Notes under the pieces: model-generated | Databases searched by the model: none | What the model saw: only the letters and a program-made list of their open reading frames with translations | What the model was told of the DNA's origin: nothing | In this document: positions 19,901 to 29,559 of the stretch, piece after piece | Position numbering within the stretch: position 1 is the first letter of the stretch | Layout: the number at the start of each line of letters is the position of its first letter | NCBI GenBank assembly: GCA_964581455.1 | Contig: CAZOOT010000001.1 | Coordinates: 2,807 to 66,806 of the forward strand | DNA length: 64,000 nucleotides | Direction of reading: 5' to 3' | Source of the DNA: an uncultured Chitinophaga sp. | GTDB taxonomy: Bacteria; Bacteroidota; Bacteroidia; Chitinophagales; Chitinophagaceae | Made by a program: the position numbers and the translations under genes

Positions 19901-19933
19901 AATAAATAAAGCATCCTGGTTCAGGGATGCTTT
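19901..19933 (-). terminator. Intrinsic terminator after gcvH
   Basis: 9-bp stem AAAGCATCC/GGATGCTTT. On the minus strand it is followed by the T-rich ATTTATTTTA. Confidence 0.5.
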
Positions 19934-19961
19934 ACTTACGAAATTTTTACCAATATAGTTT

Positions 19962-20339
19962 TTATCCTACTATTGCTTTATAAGCTGCAGCATCCATCAA
20001 AGCTTCTACTTCAGCCGGATTATCAACAGTCATTTTTATCATCCATCCTTCACCATAAGGATCGCTGTTTACCGACTCAGGCGAATTGGCCAATGCAGGA
20101 TTCAATTCGGTTATCGTTCCATCTAAAGGCATAAAAAGGTCTGAAACGGTTTTTACGGCTTCTACAGTGCCAAACACATCACCTGCCTTAAAAGACTTTC
20201 CGATTGATTCCACTTCAACATATACGATATCACCTAATTCTCCCTGTGCAAAATCTGTAATGCCGATTGTAGCAACATTCCCTTCAAGGCTTACCCACTC
20301 ATGATCCTTTGTATAACGGAGATTATCTGGAAAATTCAT
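19962..20339 (-). CDS. gcvH: Glycine cleavage system protein H
   Basis: Lipoyl-lysine motif region GTVEAVKTVSDLFMP, the N-terminus YTKDHEWV, and a length of 125 aa. Confidence 0.95.
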   Translation of the reverse strand: MNFPDNLRYTKDHEWVSLEGNVATIGITDFAQGELGDIVYVEVESIGKSFKAGDVFGTVEAVKTVSDLFMPLDGTITELNPALANSPESVNSDPYGEGWMIKMTVDNPAEVEALMDAAAYKAIVG

Positions 20340-20433
20340 AGTTATTTATTTTTGAGCCTGCCTGACGATAGGCAGGTTGCAAAGATTATAAAAACAAGTT
20401 GAAAAGATTAAAAGAATTTTTATTTGAAATGAT

Positions 20434-21141
20434 CTAATGCTTTTTTCTTTTTACCAGTTTTGTTTGTATGATACGTACATCTTCTTTTGGCCGGTTAAGA
20501 TCCTGCCCCTTACTGACTTCAACGGCTGCAATTTTATTTACAGTCTCTAATCCTGATACCACTTCTCCAAAAACAGTATAATTCTGGTCAAGATGTGGTG
20601 ATCCGCCAACCGTTTTATAGGCTTCTCTTTGTGCCAAAGGAATTTTTCGGCCATTTAACCGAAAAGTTTCTGTCGAATCAAGTCCGGCATCAGTAAATTT
20701 TCTTCCCTTCACTATATAAAACTGGCTGCCGCTGCTTGCTTTTTCCGGATTTACATTATCCGGGGTTCTGGCTGCTGCCAGCATTCCTTTTTTATGAAAC
20801 AGGCTTATTCTGAATTCAGCCGGAATTGTATATCCCGGGTTTCCATTTCCAAGTGGCTGTCCTTGTTTTGCTGATCTGCTGTTTGGATCACCTCCCTGTA
20901 TCATAAAATCCTGCATCACCCGGTGAAATAACAGGCTGTCATAAAACTTCTTTTTTACCAGCTTCAGAAAATTATCGCGATGCATGGGAGTGGAATCTGA
21001 AAGACGTACAACAATATCACCCAAACTGGTTTGAATCAACACATCTTTTTTCCTATCTTTTTTTCTGACTAAAGTATCTTTTTGAGCAATAAGTGAACTA
21101 AAAAGAAAACAACTCAGAAGAAAAACAACCAGCTTTTTCAT
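20434..21141 (-). CDS. Cyclophilin-type peptidyl-prolyl cis-trans isomerase (secreted)
   Basis: FHRVMQDFMIQGGDP, GMLAAAR and SQFYIV are cyclophilin signatures. Start chosen at MKKLVVFLLSCFLF (21141). Confidence 0.9.
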   Translation of the reverse strand: MKKLVVFLLSCFLFSSLIAQKDTLVRKKDRKKDVLIQTSLGDIVVRLSDSTPMHRDNFLKLVKKKFYDSLLFHRVMQDFMIQGGDPNSRSAKQGQPLGNGNPGYTIPAEFRISLFHKKGMLAAARTPDNVNPEKASSGSQFYIVKGRKFTDAGLDSTETFRLNGRKIPLAQREAYKTVGGSPHLDQNYTVFGEVVSGLETVNKIAAVEVSKGQDLNRPKEDVRIIQTKLVKRKKH

Positions 21142-21157
21142 ATGCAGGGTTAATTTA

Positions 21158-21502
21158 TTATAAAGAATGGCTTTCAAGATAAAGCAGGATATGGTCTTTT
21201 AGAAAATTTTCCTGTTCTATCATATTCAATTCTGGCATTGGTTTTAATTGACGGAAATGGGGCCAGCCATCATCATCCTTCCCTGCAAATTCATAAAACC
21301 CGCTGGTTGAAAATAATGTGCAAATGGCCACATGCATCAGGTCCTGTTTTTGTTCTTTGGTAAATTTCTCTTTTATCAGTCCCAGTTCCTGCACACCGAT
21401 AAGGAATAAAATAGTCTCTATGTCTGGTTTCTTCCCAAATCTTTCTACCAGCTTTGCTTCTAATGCCCACCACCTGGTTTGAAGATCGTCTTTTGCTTCC
21501 AT
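21158..21502 (-). CDS. Hypothetical cytoplasmic protein (114 aa), cotranscribed with the PPIase gene
   Basis: Clean ORF with an ATG start, 16 nt upstream of the PPIase start. I recognise no motif. Confidence 0.5.
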   Translation of the reverse strand: MEAKDDLQTRWWALEAKLVERFGKKPDIETILFLIGVQELGLIKEKFTKEQKQDLMHVAICTLFSTSGFYEFAGKDDDGWPHFRQLKPMPELNMIEQENFLKDHILLYLESHSL

Positions 21503-21574
21503 AACGGCAAAGATAAGTGCCCATACTTTTATTTTCCGGGAAAGCCTTCTGCCTGATGGCTGACTCTTCTCCTT

Positions 21575-21582
21575 TATCTTTG
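21575..21582 (+). promoter_or_regulatory. -7 box (TAtcTTTG) upstream of serS
   Basis: Perfect TAnnTTTG match 17 nt upstream of the ATG at 21599. Confidence 0.45.
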
Positions 21583-21598
21583 CGAAAATTAAAAAAGG

Positions 21599-22870
21599 AT
21601 GTTGCAGGTTGCATTTATAAGAAATAATACAGATTTAGTAAAGAGCAAGTTGGCCGTTAAAAATTTTAAGGAAATTGACCTTGTTGATGAAATAATTGGA
21701 TTGGATGATGAAAGAAAAAAACTGCAACTGGATTTCGATAACACGCAGTCAAAAGTAAACAGCACCTCAAAAGAGATTGGCCAGTTAATGGCAAAGGGAC
21801 AAAAAGAAGAAGCGGAGAATAAAAAAAAGGAAGTAGCCGATTTAAAATTATCTCTTCAGCCAATTACAGAAAGACTAAACGAAACAGAAAAACTGGTTCA
21901 GGACAAACTTGTTTTACTTCCCAATTTGCCTTCAGAAAAAGTGCCCCCAGGTAAAACACCAGAGGATAATGTTTCTATTAAAAAGGCAGGAGAGATTCCA
22001 AAACTTCCGGAGGGTTCAGTTCCGCACTGGGATCTTATAAAGAAATATGATATTGTGGATTTTGAAACCGGGGCAAAAATTACCGGAAGCGGATTCCCCT
22101 TGTACAAGGGAAAAGGGGCCAAACTTCAACGGGCATTGGTACAATATTTTCTGGATTATAATACGGCTGCCGGTTATACTGAATACCTGCCGCCATTGAT
22201 GGTAAACGAAGCAAGTGCATATGGTACTGGTCAGCTTCCGGATAAAGAAGGCCAGATGTATTTTATGGAAGCAGATAATTTTTACATGATTCCAACTTCG
22301 GAAGTTCCGTTAACCAATATTTATAGAGATGAAATTGTAAAAGAATCTGATCTACCAATTAAGATGACCGCTTTTACACCTTGCTTTCGCAGGGAAGCCG
22401 GAAGTTTTGGTAAAGATGTAAGGGGCCTTAACCGTGTACACCAGTTTGATAAAGTAGAAATTGTTCAGATAGTACATCCGGATAAAAGTTATGATGTATT
22501 GGAAGAGATGGTTGCGCATGTAGAAAAATTACTGGTCTCCCTGGAATTGCCTTACAGGATCTTAAAACTCTGTGGCGGCGATATGAGTTTTGCCTCTGCA
22601 CTCACTTACGATTTTGAAGTGTTTAGTGCAGCACAGGAAAAATGGCTTGAAGTAAGTTCTGTTTCCAATTTTGAAAGCTTTCAGACCAACCGGATGAAGA
22701 TCCGTTTCAAAGACAGCAATGGTAAAATGCAATTAGCCCACTCGTTAAATGGAAGTTCATTAGCGCTTCCTAGAATTGTCGCCTGTTTGCTGGAAAATAA
22801 TCAGCAGGCCAATGGTATAAGACTTCCGCAAATACTCCACAACTATTTTGGCGCAGAATTCATTAATTGA
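21599..22870 (+). CDS. serS: Seryl-tRNA synthetase
   Basis: N-terminal coiled-coil arm and class II motifs (FTPCFRREAGS, GLNRVHQFDKVE, SLNGSSLALPR). Confidence 0.95.
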   Translation: MLQVAFIRNNTDLVKSKLAVKNFKEIDLVDEIIGLDDERKKLQLDFDNTQSKVNSTSKEIGQLMAKGQKEEAENKKKEVADLKLSLQPITERLNETEKLVQDKLVLLPNLPSEKVPPGKTPEDNVSIKKAGEIPKLPEGSVPHWDLIKKYDIVDFETGAKITGSGFPLYKGKGAKLQRALVQYFLDYNTAAGYTEYLPPLMVNEASAYGTGQLPDKEGQMYFMEADNFYMIPTSEVPLTNIYRDEIVKESDLPIKMTAFTPCFRREAGSFGKDVRGLNRVHQFDKVEIVQIVHPDKSYDVLEEMVAHVEKLLVSLELPYRILKLCGGDMSFASALTYDFEVFSAAQEKWLEVSSVSNFESFQTNRMKIRFKDSNGKMQLAHSLNGSSLALPRIVACLLENNQQANGIRLPQILHNYFGAEFIN

Positions 22871-23958
22871 TGGACGCCTATTCTGCGAAATATTATTTAC
22901 AGGATGGTGAAGCCAGGGAGGCAACAGTTCTCATATTAAAAGATAAACTCAGCATTGGAATAAGAGATGAGTACAACCAACCCCGGGTAATCTACTGGCC
23001 TTATCAGCAAATCATCAAAGACAATTTCTGGAAAAGGGGGCAGGCAATTGTTCGATGCAGGTCTTACCCGGTACAGGTTATTGAAGTGGACTCAAAAGAG
23101 TTTGCCGATAAACTTGAAAATCTTCTTGCCAATAGAAACAGGTTCTGGCTAAGCAGAACAATGAACAGGAACATGTTGCATATGCTGAAAGTACTATTGA
23201 TTTGCGGTGCCATTATACTTTCGGCCTATTTGTTTTTACTTCCTTTTTTAGCTGAACGGCTTGCCAAAAGAGTTCCAATTCCCTATGAAGAAAAGCTGGG
23301 CAATGAATTATATGATGTGCTGAAGAATAGCTTTGAACTGGATGAATCAAAAACTTTTTATGCCAACGAATTTTTTAAAGAACTCAATATTCAAACAAAA
23401 TACAATGTCCGGATCACTGTCGTGAAAGAGGATATGACAAATGCATTTGCCATGCCCGGGGGAAATATCATCGTATATGATAAAATGCTGGCAGGCATGA
23501 ATAACTATGAAGACCTTGCAGCTTTGCTGGCGCATGAGTTTACCCATGTCAATGAAAAGCACAGCACCCGTTCCATTTTTCGTCAACTGGCTTCTGCTAT
23601 ATTTTTATCTGTTATTGTCGGAGATATAGGTACTATTGCTAATACAATGATCAGGAATGCGGACAACCTGAAAGGTTTGAGTTATTCAAGGAGCCTGGAA
23701 AAAGAAGCAGATCTGCATGGTTTGAAAATTTTAAGTGAAAGAAAAATAGATTGCCGGGGTTTTCTCAGCTTATTTACATTATTAAAAGCTGAAACCAGCA
23801 AAGAAGGAAAACAGCCGGGAGAGTGGATCAGCAGCCACCCAGACCTGGATAAGCGGATTGCATATATAAAAAAAAGTGAATTGTTTAACAGGAATAGTCC
23901 TATACAGGATGAGACCTTGAAGACATTGTTTTTAAAAATAAAAACCAGTGAAGAATAA
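22870..23958 (+). CDS. M48 family zinc metallopeptidase with an N-terminal extra domain and TM helix
   Basis: HExxH in LLAHEFTHVNEKH and a downstream E (LEKEAD). The start ATG overlaps the serS stop (ATGA-type coupling). Confidence 0.8.
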   Translation: MDAYSAKYYLQDGEAREATVLILKDKLSIGIRDEYNQPRVIYWPYQQIIKDNFWKRGQAIVRCRSYPVQVIEVDSKEFADKLENLLANRNRFWLSRTMNRNMLHMLKVLLICGAIILSAYLFLLPFLAERLAKRVPIPYEEKLGNELYDVLKNSFELDESKTFYANEFFKELNIQTKYNVRITVVKEDMTNAFAMPGGNIIVYDKMLAGMNNYEDLAALLAHEFTHVNEKHSTRSIFRQLASAIFLSVIVGDIGTIANTMIRNADNLKGLSYSRSLEKEADLHGLKILSERKIDCRGFLSLFTLLKAETSKEGKQPGEWISSHPDLDKRIAYIKKSELFNRNSPIQDETLKTLFLKIKTSEE

Positions 23959-24060
23959 TTGTCCTTCATATGCTAGTTGGTAAACTTTTGTGAAAGGGTA
24001 TTGAATTAGTATTCGGTCTCAATTTTTAATTCAAATTTGAACTACAAAAATTAAACACTT

Positions 24061-24711
24061 ATGAAAAAGACAATTTTACTTTTGTTACTATCTGTACCAT
24101 TTCATTCAACGATCTTCTCCCAGGTTTCCAGTGGTTCTTTGTTACTTGGTGGAGATTTTTCATTTTTTGTACAAGAACAGAAAACGGCATCAGGCACTTC
24201 AGGTAAAAATAATGGGTTTAATTTTTCGCCATTGATCGGTGTAGCCACCCGGACAAATATCATTCAAGGCGGATATTTACGAATCGGATCTTCAAAAAAT
24301 ACAAATAGTGTTAGTACAGCTGTCACCAAAACAAACATTACGGGAGCCGGTTATTTTATTCGCAAGTATGGTGTTATTAAAAATAATTTTTCCGGTTTTA
24401 TCCAGGGAAATGCGGGAGTTGGGTATTCTACAAACAGCTTTGAATTTCAAAATACATTGAATAAAAGCAAGCAAACTTCTGTCGGAATAAACATTTCACC
24501 GGGTCTTTCTTATAAAGTATCACAAAAACTACAACTGGAAGCCGGATTAAATAATATTGCCAATATCAGCTACCAGGTAACTAAAAATTTAATTACCAAT
24601 CCCGGTGTTAATGATGTTGTAAGATCCACCCAGGTTTCTGTATCTAGCAGCCTGAATAATTTTTCAAGCAATCTTTATTTTGGTTTCAGGTTATTATTGG
24701 CTAAGAAATAG
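24061..24711 (+). CDS. Outer-membrane beta-barrel protein (porin-family-like)
   Basis: Signal peptide, alternating beta-strand pattern, and the C-terminal NLYFGFRLLLAKK. Confidence 0.55.
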   Translation: MKKTILLLLLSVPFHSTIFSQVSSGSLLLGGDFSFFVQEQKTASGTSGKNNGFNFSPLIGVATRTNIIQGGYLRIGSSKNTNSVSTAVTKTNITGAGYFIRKYGVIKNNFSGFIQGNAGVGYSTNSFEFQNTLNKSKQTSVGINISPGLSYKVSQKLQLEAGLNNIANISYQVTKNLITNPGVNDVVRSTQVSVSSSLNNFSSNLYFGFRLLLAKK

Positions 24712-25022
24712 AGTCATTTTAATAATTCTTTATCCGCTTATACATCGCCCAAAATCAAACTGGTGGTATTATACAGCAACTTCATCACGGGACATTAAGT
24801 AGGCATCTGTTGAAAATTATCATGTTGATGCAGCTAGATTTATTTAAGGCAGACTAATTATTGGTATGTTCAATAGCGAAGAATAATACACCTTGTTATT
24901 GACTATGAAAAACGAAAAAAAAGAATCTAACTTTATTATCGTATTCAAAAGTCAATATGAAAAGGGCAGGGATTAATTTCTGTCACTTTCCTTTTTCAAT
25001 TTTTAAACACAAAAATTTGTTT

Positions 25023-25682
25023 ATGAAAAAGATTACACTATTATTTTTTTACACTTTTTTCTTTTTCTTGTCAACTTCTTTTTCTCAATTAAACAAAGGA
25101 ACAATTTTGTTGGGAGGTGACGTTTCATACAACACTCAGTCTTCAACTAATGGGCCGGCTACTTCTAAAACAGAGAATTTTACTTTTTCGCCTACAATTG
25201 CAGTAGCAGTTAAAAAGAATGTTTTTTGGGGAGGTTCCGTTTTATTCTCTTCGATCAATAACAAGCCTGCTCCGGTAAATGCATTTTCAAAGCATAATTC
25301 GTATGGAGCCGATTTGTTTTTCCGCAAATACAAACTGGTTAAAAATAAATTTTATGTCTTTATAGAAGCAGGCTTATCGTATGGTATTGCCAAAGAAAAA
25401 TTCAGGCAGAACCCGGATTATTTTTTTGATAGTAAGAGGATCACAACAGGCCTTAATATTTCACCTGGAGTTTCTCTTGCAGTTTCAAAAAAACTTTACC
25501 TGGAATCAGGATTTAATAATATAGCCCACTTAGGTTATCAGCACAATAAAACAGAAGGATACAATTTTGGAAATGTAATTAGCCTGTCATCAAGCAACTT
25601 TGGATTATCAAGCAGACTGAGAGTTATTACATCCAATCTTTATTTTGGATTCCGCTTTATGCTTGATCGTAACAATGGCTGA
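25023..25682 (+). CDS. Outer-membrane beta-barrel protein, paralog of 24061..24711
   Basis: It shares G(S/T)(L/I)LLGGD, GLNISPG.S and NLYFGFRF with the upstream gene. Start chosen at MKKITLLFF (25023). Confidence 0.55.
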   Translation: MKKITLLFFYTFFFFLSTSFSQLNKGTILLGGDVSYNTQSSTNGPATSKTENFTFSPTIAVAVKKNVFWGGSVLFSSINNKPAPVNAFSKHNSYGADLFFRKYKLVKNKFYVFIEAGLSYGIAKEKFRQNPDYFFDSKRITTGLNISPGVSLAVSKKLYLESGFNNIAHLGYQHNKTEGYNFGNVISLSSSNFGLSSRLRVITSNLYFGFRFMLDRNNG

Positions 25683-26723
25683 CTATGAAAATTCTTTTAT
25701 TCTTTTATTCATCACCCAAAACCAAAACGGTGGCATTAATGCAAGTAACATCATACCCGGATATCCGGTAGGCATTTGCGGAGAATTATCATGGTGGCGG
25801 AGGACCTGGTATTTCCGGCTGGCTAAATAGTGATGATCGCTGTGGCGGCTGAGTTCAAAAAGAAAAAGTCTGCCAATTACATGATCGCTGTTCCAGCTAT
25901 GAGCCGGCATGGCTCTTTCATAGTTTCCTTCAGCGGTTTTTTTTCTTTGCAATCCATAATGTTCAATATAGTTGACGGTTTCCAGTAAAAGGAAACCTAT
26001 GACTGCTGCTGCCAAAAAATAGAGAGTGATCAGCCATCCGAAAAGAAAAAATATCAATCCCACAAATAGGATCTTTATAATATGGAATTGAATCATTTCA
26101 TTCTGTATAGAAAAAACTGATCTGCCCTTTTTCTTCATTTCATTATTTGCAATATGCCAGGCACTCAGGTAACTGAATATAACTGTGCGGAAATAAAAAG
26201 CAAAAACCCATTCACCATAGCGGGCACTGCTGGGATCTTCCGGCGTTGCCACTCGTTTATGATGTCCTTTATTATGCTCCACATAAAAATGCATATAAAG
26301 AGAAGTAAGCAAAAGCATTTTGGCAAGAGTTTGCTCATACTTATTCACCCGGTGTCCCAATTCATGACCCACGTTTATTCCAAACACACCACAGAGCAAA
26401 CCCATTACCCAGATGCGGCCTGTAATATCATACCACAGTAAGGAAGGATCGTTTAAGTTGTTAAGGAAAAAGTATAAAGCCAAAAATTGCAGGGGAACAA
26501 TCAAGTAAAGGATCAGGTCGTAGGTTTTATCTGCCTTCGCCATTTCTTCTTCCGCCGTTCCCATATTTTCCGGATCAGATTTAATGAACAACTCCAGCAA
26601 GGGGATAAATACCCAGGCAAAAATCAGGGGCAGCCAGACTACAATACCTTGTGTGTGGAATGAGTTGATGGCCCCGATATAAAGAATAAATGGAAGAAGA
26701 TATTTAAGTGCCCGGAGTTTCAT
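25683..26723 (-). CDS. alkB: Alkane 1-monooxygenase-type integral-membrane di-iron hydroxylase
   Basis: All four AlkB histidine-box signatures are present: HELGHR, EHNKGHH, NYIEHYGL and LSRHSDHH. The start is either 26723 (MKLRALKYLL) or 26780. Confidence 0.75.
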   Translation of the reverse strand: MKLRALKYLLPFILYIGAINSFHTQGIVVWLPLIFAWVFIPLLELFIKSDPENMGTAEEEMAKADKTYDLILYLIVPLQFLALYFFLNNLNDPSLLWYDITGRIWVMGLLCGVFGINVGHELGHRVNKYEQTLAKMLLLTSLYMHFYVEHNKGHHKRVATPEDPSSARYGEWVFAFYFRTVIFSYLSAWHIANNEMKKKGRSVFSIQNEMIQFHIIKILFVGLIFFLFGWLITLYFLAAAVIGFLLLETVNYIEHYGLQRKKTAEGNYERAMPAHSWNSDHVIGRLFLFELSRHSDHHYLASRKYQVLRHHDNSPQMPTGYPGMMLLALMPPFWFWVMNKRIKEFS

Positions 26724-26841
26724 AACTTTTCTGTCGTCAAATGTAGAGAATAACAACAGCTTTTTAACGATTAGAATCATTTGGGATTTATTGCTGGTTT
26801 AAACTTTGGCTTTAATCCTACGTCAAAAAACAAATTTATAA

Positions 26842-28302
26842 ATGCTCCTGACCAATCAACAAAAAAATAAACACCTGATGTGGCGTGCCGGATTCGGTCC
26901 GGTGGTAGAACAATTGTCTGATCTTTCCTTTACTACTCCCCAACAATTATATAGGGCATTACAAAAATCATCTTCAAAAAAACCAGAATACATTGATGTG
27001 GCTGATGATTTTCTGAAAGGACTATTTGTTGGCATTGAGGAAGCGGGTCGCCAGCAAAGAAGAAAAGAGATGACAGAAGATGAACGAAAAAAAGTACAGC
27101 AAAAACAAAGAGAAGGTGTAAGGAGCCTGAACCTGAACTGGCTTAATCTATTTGTGAGAACCGATGCACAACTCAGGGAAAAAATGGCATTCTTCTGGCA
27201 TGGACATTTTGCCTGCCGTAACCTGAATGTTTTTTTTCAACAGGGATTACTGGATGTTCTCCGAAGAAATGCCCTCGGAAGTTTCAGGGAAATGCTGCAC
27301 GAAGTTTCAAAAACAGCAGCCATGCTGATTTTTTTAAACAACCAGCAAAACAAAAAAGACCAGCCCAATGAAAATTTTGCCCGAGAAGTGATGGAACTCT
27401 TTACACTTGGCAGGGGAAACTATACGGAAAATGATATCAAAGAAGCAGCCCGTGCATTTACTGGCTGGAGTTCGGGATTAAATGGTGAATTTCTATTTCG
27501 TCGTTTCCAGCATGATTTTGGCAGCAAAACTGTTTTAGGTAAAACAGGAAACTTTGATGGCGGAGAAGTGCTGGACATTTTACTGGAGCAAAAACAAACC
27601 GCAAAACATATTTCCAAAAAGATATATTGCTTTTTTGTAAACGAAACACCAGATGCTGAGAAAATTGATTGGCTTGCGGATCGTTTTTATAAAAATAATT
27701 ATGATATCGGGAAACTGATGGATGATATTTTTATGAGCGACTGGTTTTATGAAACTAAAAATATCGGCAGCAAAATAAAATCTCCCATAGAACTCATTGC
27801 AGGTATACAAAGGATGCTGCCGATGAAACTGGAAAATGAAGAGGCCTTTACTTTTTTACAAAGGGCACTCGGTCAGATCTTGTTTTATCCGCCAAATGTA
27901 GCTGGATGGCCGGGTGGAAAATCCTGGATTGACAGTTCCAGCCTGATGCTGCGCATGCGGATACCGCAGTTGCTGAATGATACAGATGAACTGAATGTAA
28001 ATACCAAGGATGATGATGACCAGATGATGGGGCGTAAAACAAACGATGCTGCAAACCAAATGATGGGATATGGAAAACGTTCCATTATAAAAGCAAATAT
28101 TGACTGGACAGATTATCTGAAGCATTTGGAAAAAGTGCAGCGGAATGAATTGGTGAATGAGATCAGTAAAAATTTATTACAAACAAATAATTCAATAAAT
28201 GGAGATCTGATTCAGAAATATGCTGAAGATAGCAGTCGTGAAAAATTTATCAGATCGGCGACTTTGCAATTAATGAGTACGCCGGAATATCAATTGTGTT
28301 AA
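26842..28302 (+). CDS. DUF1800 domain-containing protein
   Basis: MAFFWHGHFA, REVMELFTLGRGNYTENDIKEAARAFTGW and GWPGG match DUF1800-family motifs. Confidence 0.8.
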   Translation: MLLTNQQKNKHLMWRAGFGPVVEQLSDLSFTTPQQLYRALQKSSSKKPEYIDVADDFLKGLFVGIEEAGRQQRRKEMTEDERKKVQQKQREGVRSLNLNWLNLFVRTDAQLREKMAFFWHGHFACRNLNVFFQQGLLDVLRRNALGSFREMLHEVSKTAAMLIFLNNQQNKKDQPNENFAREVMELFTLGRGNYTENDIKEAARAFTGWSSGLNGEFLFRRFQHDFGSKTVLGKTGNFDGGEVLDILLEQKQTAKHISKKIYCFFVNETPDAEKIDWLADRFYKNNYDIGKLMDDIFMSDWFYETKNIGSKIKSPIELIAGIQRMLPMKLENEEAFTFLQRALGQILFYPPNVAGWPGGKSWIDSSSLMLRMRIPQLLNDTDELNVNTKDDDDQMMGRKTNDAANQMMGYGKRSIIKANIDWTDYLKHLEKVQRNELVNEISKNLLQTNNSINGDLIQKYAEDSSREKFIRSATLQLMSTPEYQLC

Positions 28303-28359
28303 AAACAGCCATTAGCTGTTAGCTAATAGCTCACAGCAAATGGCTAAAAGCTCAATAAA

Positions 28360-29559
28360 ATGATTATCAAACGCAGAGAATTTCTTCAAGTCGGTTCACT
28401 GGCTACCGCATCAGTACTGGTACCAAAATTCCTGAAAGCTTTTGAGGGAAAGAATATGGTGCCGGCCGGCAATAAAGTATTGGTGATACTGCAGCTTAGC
28501 GGCGGAAACGATGGATTAAATACCGTGATCCCTTACAGGAATGATATTTACTATAAGTCAAGACCCAAACTTGGTATTGAAAAATCAAAAGTATTGTCAT
28601 TAACAGATGAAGCGGGATTGCATCCGGCTTTAACCGGTTTCAAAGATTTATATACAGATGGTAGTTTAAGTATTCTGAATAATGTAGGTTATCCAAATCC
28701 CGATCGTTCTCATTTCCGGAGCATGGATATCTGGCACACCGCCAGCGACAGCAAGGATTATTGGAACACGGGCTGGCTGGGCCGCTACCTGGATGCACAA
28801 TGCCAGGGCTGTGATAAACCAACCTATGCATTAGAACTGGATGATACATTAAGCCTCGCCATGAAAGGCGAAGCGGCAAAAGCCATTGCGATGAAAGATC
28901 CGAAACGATTATTTGGCACAGCCAATCAGCGATTCTTTAAAGAGGTAATGCAAAATTACAAGGATGAGCCTGGTGTGCAGCCTGTGGATTATTTATACAA
29001 AACCATGGCAGAAACAATTTCTTCTGCTGATTATATTTTTGAAAAAAGTAAACTGCGTCCGTCAAAAGCCGAGTATCCAAAAACAGATCTTGGCAATAAT
29101 TTAAAAACAATTGCTTCGCTGATCTTTTCTGATATCAATACAAAGGTTTACTATGTTTCGCTGGGAAGTTTTGATACACATATCAACCAGCAGGTTCAGC
29201 AGCAAAACTTATTTACCCAGATGAATGATGCAGTAAAATCATTTGTAAAAGACCTGAAAGCCAATAATCGTTTTGAAGATGTGATGCTGATGTCCTTTTC
29301 AGAATTTGGAAGAAGGGTTGCACAAAATGCCAGCGGTGGAACTGATCATGGCACAGCCAACAATATGTTTTTCATTAGTGGAGGATTAAAGAAAAAAGGA
29401 TTGATCAATGCCATGCCGGATCTTAAAGACCTTGATCAGGGTGATCTGAAATATAATGTAGATTTTAAAAATGTATATGCAACGGTATTAAACAAATGGT
29501 TAAAAGCAGATGACAAAAGTATCATGACAAAGAAATATGATTACATGAATTTTATTTAG
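28360..29559 (+). CDS. DUF1501 domain-containing protein (sulfatase/alkaline-phosphatase-like fold, Tat-type signal)
   Basis: Twin-arginine-like N-terminus IIKRREFLQVGSLATAS, then LSGGNDGLNTV, FDTH and GGTDHG motifs. Confidence 0.85.
   Translation: MIIKRREFLQVGSLATASVLVPKFLKAFEGKNMVPAGNKVLVILQLSGGNDGLNTVIPYRNDIYYKSRPKLGIEKSKVLSLTDEAGLHPALTGFKDLYTDGSLSILNNVGYPNPDRSHFRSMDIWHTASDSKDYWNTGWLGRYLDAQCQGCDKPTYALELDDTLSLAMKGEAAKAIAMKDPKRLFGTANQRFFKEVMQNYKDEPGVQPVDYLYKTMAETISSADYIFEKSKLRPSKAEYPKTDLGNNLKTIASLIFSDINTKVYYVSLGSFDTHINQQVQQQNLFTQMNDAVKSFVKDLKANNRFEDVMLMSFSEFGRRVAQNASGGTDHGTANNMFFISGGLKKKGLINAMPDLKDLDQGDLKYNVDFKNVYATVLNKWLKADDKSIMTKKYDYMNFI

Noticed and set aside
21291-21614. 107-aa minus-strand ORF overlapping the 114-aa hypothetical gene and the serS promoter.
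   Set aside because: It is an alternative frame of 21158..21502 and would run across the serS -7 box and start codon. Its basic, low-complexity composition also argues against it.
27848-28125. Three nested minus-strand ORFs (60-90 aa) inside the DUF1800 gene.
   Set aside because: They overlap each other and the strongly supported plus-strand gene, and have no start signals.
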